DNA of 64,000 nucleotides from Cladosporium halotolerans. Lineage: Eukaryota. Shown piece by piece: positions 56,384-64,000 of this stretch. The stretch covers positions 682,001-746,000 of the forward strand of contig NW_027191455.1 of assembly GCF_011745625.1 (NCBI RefSeq), written 5' to 3'. The notes under the pieces are model-generated. The model did no database searches, was not told where the DNA came from, and saw only the letters and a list, made by a program, of their open reading frames with translations. Made by a program: the position numbers and the translations under genes. Positions within the stretch are counted from its first letter, which is position 1. Every line of letters starts with the position of its first letter.

Positions 56384-58930
56384 TCACGACCCAACCCCCT
56401 CAACCCCCCTCCTTCTCCCCGCCACGCACGCCCCACAAGAACACCTCCTCTCCGCACCCAACACCAACAAACTGCCCGGCCCGCTCCTGAACGCGCACCC
56501 GATCGCAAACGCCAGCGTGATCGAGAACTTCAGCCACAGCCAGGGGCTATGCTTTCGGAACCCCACGAGCTCGCGCTGCTTGCTCCTAACCTCGACGCTG
56601 CCGCTGCTGTCCCTACCCTTCGCGCGCTTCTTGCCCGGCCCGGCCATACCGGGCTTCGGCAGAGAGCGCTTCGACGCGCCAGCCTCGGGGCTGCTGGGGT
56701 AGAAGGAGCCGTAGGCGAGGTCGTCGGCTGAGCGGGAGCGGGCGAGGAGGCGGCGGCGAGAGGGGGTCTCGCTTTCGCAGTGCGGCGGGGGATCTTGGGT
56801 GCTGAGGAGACGACGCTTAGCCATTGGACCTAATAGCACGCCGACGAGCCACCATTGGACGTTACAGAGGGCTTCGGGGAGGCGCATGCGCGACTGCGCG
56901 CAGCGGATGAGGTGGCGGGCGAGGTCGACGGGCGAGCGCCAGAGGTCGCCGAAGAGGGCGCGGAGGCGGGCGATGAAGGATTGAGGTTCGGGAGGGGAGG
57001 TGGTCATGGAGGTGGTTCGGGGGCGGAGGCCGATGACGGTCGCCGTGGTGGTTGTGGTTGTGGTTTCGCTGACTTCGCGCGAGTGGCTTTCGGGGATCGG
57101 GTCGAGGGGTTCGTGGAAGGAGGCTTGGAGCTCGGTGGTGTCCAGGCCGTCTTGGCTGTCGGGGACGGATTCTGCGTCGTTTGTTTGCTCTGAGTGCTCG
57201 ATGCTCTCTTCGCTTGTGTCGATTGATCGGATCTGACTTAGCTCCTCCATGAGGTTGCGACTCACCGCAGCTCCGGTGCAAGAGCCCAATGAGGAATAAT
57301 CCTTCACTGAGGATTGCGACTTGGTCGAAGTAGGCGACGCAATGCTTGACGAATTGTCATCGGTGCGCTCAAATGACGGTACTGTAAGCAATGCCGATCC
57401 AGTCAAGCTGGCCATAGTCGCCTGATCAACCATCGTGGACGCTCTTCGCCGACCGAACATAGGGCTGCCGTCTCGTCTTCCAAGGCTGGAATCTCTGAAC
57501 GGAAGGCTCGGCATCGTCTCGTGGCGTTCCAATACAGGTGCAGAAGCAGGAACGTGGTCAAAATGAGAAGCGGAGGGGAGAATGAGCGGCTTAGGTCCCA
57601 TAGACCCAGCGCCAAATCGCCTCATCCGTCTCGTAGGTCTGCCGCGTCCAGGTATCGAGGGAGGCGGCATATCGATAGACGTGTGGTGAATAGGCATGTA
57701 TGCCTCGGCCGTGGTGAGACTTTCGCCGAGCATGGGTGCGTCCGAGAAGACCGATTCCGCATCGGAGACATGATCCGACTGTGAAAAGCTTCCCGATATC
57801 AGTTCCTGGTGGCTGCGCGTCTGCCTAAGATCGAGGTGTCCACTAGGATCTGTGAAGCTCAGTGCGGGCGATGTGGGCTGCGTCCCTGCTTCCGACAATC
57901 GTTCCGGTGAAATCATCAAATTGCCTGTGGTCGGGAATCGCGGATGCATGCTCTTCGGTCTCGACATCCTTCTGTTCCTCCCAGGCGTCTCCGCGTGTAG
58001 ATCAATCTTGGCCGATGTGGCCAGTAAATCCGAGAGGATCTCTAGCCTCTTCTCCAATTGCACGTTCGCTGCCTCTGCAGACTCCAAGCCTTGATTCATG
58101 TTTCCAACCTGCTCCTCGAGCTCGTGAATCCTATATCTGTCTTCTTCGCTTTGCTCTTCAAACCCACGTATTTGGCTCCTCAGACTGACCTCGACCGCCG
58201 TGTACTGCTCTACGATCTCTTGTACTCTTTCTTCGTACTTGCTCTCCCATTCCTCAAGCGCCTGCTGCAGCTGCTTTGTTTCCGAGTTCAATGTCCTCAA
58301 CTTGCTGGTCTGTTGCCTTGTCACACTCGGTGAGGTAACAGCTGACAACTGTGACTGCGCAGCGGCCAGCTCTGCCTCGAGGTGGTCGATATAGTGCTTT
58401 GTCTCTCCACTGACAGATCTCCTCTTCGCTCCGAGCTTGCTTCGCACCTTCGCAGAACGGGGCTTAATGCTGCTCTTGTGTGCCGGCGGAGAAGGGTTCT
58501 CCTCCGGGAAAGCGACATCATACTCCCCACTCTTCCTGCCCTCCATATTCGTAAAGAACTTCGCCGAGGTGACTCGAGGTCGAGCAGGCGTCTGCCTCTT
58601 GGGCCTGGTGAGAGTCGAGTTTCCGATCTCAGTCAAGACACCGCTGCCTTTCCGCTTCCCGACGCTGAGGTTTGCTCGCGCGCCCGACGGTGACTGGTTC
58701 TCGGCATCGGAAGACTGCGGGTGTCCGCCGCTGGCGTTGGACCATGTGCTGGAGCTCAACGATTTGGGTGTGACCTTCCTGCCTGGCATCGTGGGCCCGC
58801 GGAAGCCTGCGTTGCGCAGCTGGATGCGTCGAGTCTGCCGGCTGGCGCCGCCTCCTGGCGAGGGTTTGGAAGATTCGGGCTCGTCGTGCCATATTAGGGA
58901 GCCATCGCTGGCAACGTGCTTGGACGACAT
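56384..58930 (-). CDS. Fungal coiled-coil protein with a C-terminal hydrophobic (membrane) segment, function unknown
   Basis: Intronless 848-aa ORF with a heptad region (YIDHLEAELAAAQSQL...LEKRLEILSDLL), WWLVGVLLGP and SPWLWLKFSITLAFAIG.AFRSGPGSLL. Confidence 0.8.
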   Translation of the reverse strand: MSSKHVASDGSLIWHDEPESSKPSPGGGASRQTRRIQLRNAGFRGPTMPGRKVTPKSLSSSTWSNASGGHPQSSDAENQSPSGARANLSVGKRKGSGVLTEIGNSTLTRPKRQTPARPRVTSAKFFTNMEGRKSGEYDVAFPEENPSPPAHKSSIKPRSAKVRSKLGAKRRSVSGETKHYIDHLEAELAAAQSQLSAVTSPSVTRQQTSKLRTLNSETKQLQQALEEWESKYEERVQEIVEQYTAVEVSLRSQIRGFEEQSEEDRYRIHELEEQVGNMNQGLESAEAANVQLEKRLEILSDLLATSAKIDLHAETPGRNRRMSRPKSMHPRFPTTGNLMISPERLSEAGTQPTSPALSFTDPSGHLDLRQTRSHQELISGSFSQSDHVSDAESVFSDAPMLGESLTTAEAYMPIHHTSIDMPPPSIPGRGRPTRRMRRFGAGSMGPKPLILPSASHFDHVPASAPVLERHETMPSLPFRDSSLGRRDGSPMFGRRRASTMVDQATMASLTGSALLTVPSFERTDDNSSSIASPTSTKSQSSVKDYSSLGSCTGAAVSRNLMEELSQIRSIDTSEESIEHSEQTNDAESVPDSQDGLDTTELQASFHEPLDPIPESHSREVSETTTTTTTATVIGLRPRTTSMTTSPPEPQSFIARLRALFGDLWRSPVDLARHLIRCAQSRMRLPEALCNVQWWLVGVLLGPMAKRRLLSTQDPPPHCESETPSRRRLLARSRSADDLAYGSFYPSSPEAGASKRSLPKPGMAGPGKKRAKGRDSSGSVEVRSKQRELVGFRKHSPWLWLKFSITLAFAIGCAFRSGPGSLLVLGAERRCSCGACVAGRRRGVEGVGS

Positions 58931-60098
58931 TATCGTTGTAGTACGTGTCAGTCTGCAAATTTAGCCTGCAGCAGCGCAGGATCGGAAGACGCGAGAAGGC
59001 CGAAGCTTGTATGCATAGCAGAGGACGCACGTGTGGTGAATGAGCCCCAGCCAGGGAAGCGTATTTGATGGCCCGACCACTGCTCGCAATAGCCAATGCG
59101 GTGGTGGGGCGCGGGCGCTGCAGGGCAGTATGCGGATGGAGTGAAGTTCTGGAAGGCCAATGGCGCTGTGTTTACGGGCCGTGCGGGCGTTGTTGTGACG
59201 CTAAGCAGCCCGTGCCTCGGCCGTTGCCAGGCGAGGGCGGCCGGCCGCGGCCGGGGATTGGTTGTATGCGGATGCTGTGCGATGGACAATAATATTGTTG
59301 ACCACGATATACCTGTATGCATGTAATGAGATAGCCGCGGAGTAGCAGGGACGACATACACGGTCGAGTAGTCGGATGCGTACGTTTTCCTCTCATTCTC
59401 AGTTCAGTATGGAAAGGCGCGCCGTTTCCGAGTCTCTCCAGAAAGCACATTCCATGGCGTGAGTGAATACATTGGACCCCATGTTTGCTCGCCGCATCCC
59501 GGGTCCCATTGACTGAAGACTTGCCCTGATCTTCGTCGATCTCAATCGTTTCATCTTGATGATCTGCATGAGGAAAGCGTCATCTTTCTATCTCCTACAA
59601 TCCGCGTTGCTTCCGAGGATGGATCGGGCGTAAGGATCCTCGAAACACTGTTGACATCGCATGCTTTCATCGTCGGAGGTCGGCGAGGCCAGTCCAATGC
59701 GTTTGTGTCTCGATGGAGCCGACAGACTCGAGCAGCTGTGTAACGTCAATGCACTTCACCAATCGGATCCCAGTGGGTGTAGCTCCATTGCTCGCAGGAG
59801 ACAAGCTTCCACGCCTCTCGGTCCGGAGGGGAACGGAACTGGCAGCGTGGAGGACAAGACCGCTCCAAGCCTCTCACGCCACACCAGAACGCTTAGCCCC
59901 GACATCACTCACCAACACAACATATGAAAATGAGAGTGGCACAAGATATTTGCAGCAAGGAGCTGTATTTGCGCAGACCGCGACGCTATCCGAATATCTC
60001 ATCGCAACAGCACCGCTCTCACAAACCCGGCGCCGATGAACGGCATCTCTGCCGTTCGCGCCGGGCCCAGTCCGCGCCGACCCTGCTGCGAGATGCAT

Positions 60099-62131
60099 CT
60101 ACATCTCGCGCTTGTTGTGCTGTGCCTGCTCGGCGTGATTATTATCGCTCTCGATATGCTCAACGGAAACGTCCATCTTGCCCTTCTCGTCCGCTATTGA
60201 GTATGCGTCGTCGGGGACGGGGACAGGCTTGCGGCCGCGGATGCCGTTCCAGACGGCCTTGCAGCAGGAGTGAGCAAAGAGAGCGTCCATTTCTTCCAGC
60301 GTGATGCCTGTGGTGTGTTAGCACGATTGTCATGATATCTGGCAGTGCTTGAGAGCGGAGGTGGTGGTGCTTACCCTTGGTCTCGGGCACGCAGAAGAAG
60401 GCCCAGATACCCATGGAGACCAGAATGGCGCTGAAGAAGAAGTAGGCGCCGTAGCCGAGGTCGGAGATCATGTACGGGGTCGACCTGGCGATGATGAAGG
60501 ATCCAAGCCAGGTGTCGGCGGTCGTAAGGGACACGCAGAGCATGCGGATGTCGAGAGGGAAGATCTCAGACGCGTAGGTCCAAGTGATACCCTGCCTGTT
60601 TCGGAATGGTTAGAATGTGATGAAGATCATTTGAATTAGGCTGAACGTACCAAGTCGCGCAAATGATGAACGCGTTTGCATAGACGGCCACCATAGCAAG
60701 GTACCCCCAACCATTGCGGACCGTGTTGCCAGCAGCAGCGGCAGCGATCGGATCAGCGCGCATAACGTAGCCACCAATGTACCACATGGGAATGCAGCCG
60801 AGTGCAGCACCCCAGAGGAGGCCCTTCCTGCGGCCGACCTTCTCAACAACGTAGAATGTGAAGGTGCACATGCCAAGGGTCTTTGCGATACCGTAGAAGC
60901 CAGTGGAGAAGAGCTTGGTATCAGTGCCTGTGATGCCGAGGGTCTCAAAGATACGCGGAGCATAGTAGGTCTGATTGAGGTCAGCGTAACCATTCGTTGC
61001 TAACAAAAGTATCAAGCATCGACTTACGATAATGTTGACACCAGTGAAGGACTGCAGGAACATGAGAGCGAGACCAATGGCCATGCGGTTACGCGTGCCC
61101 TTCTGGAAGAGCTTCATAAACTGCTCCTTCTTAGACATCTTCATCGTACTTCTTTCCTCAACTTGCTGGCGAATCTCGCCCATCTCACGCATGATGTACG
61201 GGTGGTCATGCGGCAACTTGCGAATGTCGCACAAGACAGCTTCGGCGGCTTCGAAGTGGTCTTGACGGGCAAGCCAGCGAGGGCTTTCAGGGCAGATGAA
61301 GAACATTCCCAGCCCGAGCAGAAGACCAGGGGCAAGCTGCAAGGCGAGAGGGATGACCCACTGCGCAATGCTGTTGACGGAGACGTGTTGGTTTGTTCCG
61401 TAGTTGATCCAGAATCCCAGCATACCGCCGCCCTGGGAAGCGATCTCGAAGATACCAACGAGACGACCGCCTATCATTTGTCAGCGATTGTAGATATGAG
61501 GGGGCTGGGCTTCGAAGTCCAACCAAAGATAAATGAGACTTACGAATGGACGGAGGAGCAGTCTCAGCGATGTAGACAGGGACAGTCAAGGACGATGCAC
61601 CAATACCCAAGCCGGCAATAGCTCTTCCTGCGTAGATGAGGTTGAGGTTGCCGCTTGCGGCAGTCATCAGGGTTCCTCCAACGAGGAAGACCAAAGCCGA
61701 CAAAATGATGGTCCACCTACGACCCCATTTCTCGGCAATCGGGAAGGTGCAGAGTGCACCAAAGAAGCAACCAGCCTGTGAGAGTTAGTATCCGTGGAGC
61801 AAGGATGATGAAGTTATCACGCACCTGGAACGTCGAAACGATGTTGCCCTGGATGGTGTCTCTAGTGGTCGATGCCACTTGATCCAATCCGAAGTCACGA
61901 CGGAAGGAGTCCAAAGCCATGGTTCCTCCGATGACAGCGGTGTCATAGCCCACTACACGGCAGAGTTAGCATCGTCGATAATGGCAGATCGATTCTTTTC
62001 AACGCACTAGCCAGGGCGGACATAGAGGCCACTAGGGCCACCCAGTGAATGCGAGCATTGCGAACCTCTGGTGGGTCGAGAGTGCCTGTTGCATGAGTGT
62101 TGAATTTCTCAGTGAAAGATTTCCAACCCAT
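60099..62131 (-). CDS. MFS sugar-porter family transporter (quinate permease-like); 7 exons (introns 62007-61953, 61824-61776, 61543-61471, 61027-60971, 60650-60596, 60374-60308)
   Basis: MGYDTAVIGGT, GRAIAGLGIG, PVYIAETAPPSIRGRL, PESPRWL, QSFTGVNII.YYAPRIF, VEKVGRR, SEIFP and PETKGITLEEMD. All splice phases are consistent. Confidence 0.93.
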
Positions 62132-64000
62132 AAGTAGGTGTTCCTAAAGGAAGTCTGGACTTGACGATAATTGATTTGGTAGAGTACGAGTACGTTAGCT
62201 TGATATCAGCGACGCGTTACAAGAGCACCTCCAACATTTTGACAGCGTGGGCATGTTAATATAGCCTTTCGCTTCGAACCTACCGCATCGTCGCAGATAC
62301 CTTTCTTCCTTACCTTTCACTGCAGCTCTGCTGGACTCACTTCCCCGCTCACACCCCGTGGGGATCTCCGCATGGACCGTTTGCAAAGACGGGACAGTAG
62401 ATCCAATCATACCGTTGTTTATCCAGAAAGGTCTAGGGCACATGAGGATGCGTGGGTGCCACCTGCACGCCGAGACGCTGGAATAACTGGGCGAGGATTA
62501 TACGGACGGACGATGTCCGTTGAGATGTGCCACGACGGATTGGAAGCTCATGACCAGCGCTGGAATGATTGGCAAGCTAACCTGTTGCGATAGGCGGCTG
62601 TCGGCTAGGTAGCTTTTGTAGCGAATCGACGCTCGGATGAATACATGCGCTGTAACCCGAAGGTGAACTGCCGACCTGTGTCGACCGGCTGACATGAGAT
62701 ATCGTGCGAGCATTGATTGGGGCGTCTGGTACATAACACCGCATGCATGAAGGCGTCGTTGGACTGTTACTCATCCATCCGTCGTCGCCGCCTGGGGAAA
62801 TGCTCGCGCGGACCACCTCGACACGCGAGAGACATGTGTCGAGTCATGCGAAGGCACGTGGAGGCCGGACCAAGAGCCGCACGGGACCAGCACTATGTTG
62901 ACACATATCCGGAGCCGGCAGCAAGTAGGGCGTGGGAGTGGGGGAGAGCAAAAGTGGAAATCCGGAGATGGCACGCGGGGAGGATGCGGGGAGCGAGGGC
63001 GAGCTCGAGATTGCGTGTGGAGTGGCACGACGGCGGCGACGCCGTCTCAGCAGCACCAGCATGGCGGGCGTGGCACTTGGTGCAGGGAGGATGGTAAGGT
63101 AGTGCTGCCGTGCTGGAGTCGCCGGCGAGGCTTCGACCACGCCGTGACGGGGCTTGCCCGAACAGCTTGCCCAAGCTTGGCGGCCAGCTGCTGAGGCACT
63201 CCATCCACAGCCCGCTGCTCAGCACGCGACTTCATCCCATATCTAGACATTTGCCTTTCTGCGAAAACCATCCCCAGATATAACGCAATCTCGGCCTCGT
63301 TGCCGTCGCCTTGTAGGGCCCCGTGAAGCCTTGTAGGGCCCAAATGGGCGCAGTCATTGCGTTTCCGCACCCACAGCATTTTCCTGCCGGTGGCAATCTG
63401 GGTTTCAAGCTCGTGGTTGGCATCTCTCGGCGCCCAGCATTCGCCCACCGTTTCAAGCAAGCCATCGCTGGACAAATGAGACTCCAGGCGATGCGTCGAA
63501 CCAGAGACACGCTATCTATCCGGTTGGCGCTTCTCCACAGCGATATGCAGTTCCGCAAATAGTGATATTGTCTTCTAGATGTTGAATTCGTTGTGGAGAG
63601 CTATCCCGATGCCTTCATCGCGACTCATGTTATCCCGCCGTGGCAGTGCTCTTGGTAGGTTCCTCGGCGGAGACCTGCCCGCGACGCATCGTCATCGCTC
63701 TTCTCGGCCCTGTGTTTAAGAGGCGCTCTTGTGAGCCGCATTCGAGGTGTCTTCCTGCTGACTGCACACTTCGTGTACCTTTGTACTTTCATCTCTAACA
63801 CTCTCAAGACCGCATCCATAATCGATGGTTATTAGTTCCATTCCCTCTCATGATGCCACCCCATCAACCGACCCGCCGCCTCCAGTAGAGGACGAACCCC
63901 CTATATGTGGTTACAATGAGAAACCTACAAATGAGTCGGTGACTACCATCGACGAGCGTTCCGATGACGACGTCACCGAGCTAGCTCACACCACTGATGT

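Noticed and set aside
62132..64000. Searched for QutA/QA-1F or GARE sites and a quinate cluster beside the transporter
   Set aside because: Only partial matches were found (e.g. CCTCCAA at 62228) and no qut/qa enzyme genes are in the window, so the substrate cannot be assigned.
1..64000. Transposons, RIP-degraded AT-rich blocks, repeated introner-like elements, tRNA/rRNA genes, CRISPR arrays
   Set aside because: None were recognisable by eye, and the introns do not resemble each other. tRNAscan-SE, Infernal and a self-alignment would be needed to exclude them formally.

Overview
This is eukaryotic DNA from a filamentous ascomycete. Introns are short (~50-75 nt) GT-AG introns with CTRAC/CTGAT branch sites, and codons are GC3-rich. 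A Dothideomycete origin is my inference only. I can support about 29 protein-coding genes, mostly housekeeping: ENA Na+/K+ P-type ATPase, glutaredoxin, M20D amidohydrolase, biotin synthase, BBE-like FAD oxidase, EMC10, FGGY pentulose kinase, GOT1, Ecm13-like, NoxR, CCS1, mitochondrial uL13, uricase, DUF1275 membrane protein, SDR, DUF1330-like, cupin, COX11, zf-HIT, HMG-CoA lyase, CUE protein, Utp5-like, BDF1, DUF4050, an MFS sugar/quinate porter and several hypothetical proteins. I saw no tRNA, rRNA, transposon or CRISPR signal. The most notable observations are: (1) a [D1,2] spliceosomal twin intron (stwintron) that is needed to keep the DUF1275 gene in frame; (2) a probable AUU-initiated, presequence-like N-terminal extension on glutaredoxin; (3) an exact UaY-type site with GATA boxes upstream of uricase; (4) a cluster of PacC-type sites upstream of ENA; (5) a signal-peptide + HDEL flavo-oxidase with a bicovalent-type FAD motif; (6) a compact DUF1275-SDR-DUF1330-cupin block. 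Exon boundaries were read by hand. Family names come from recognised motifs, not database searches.
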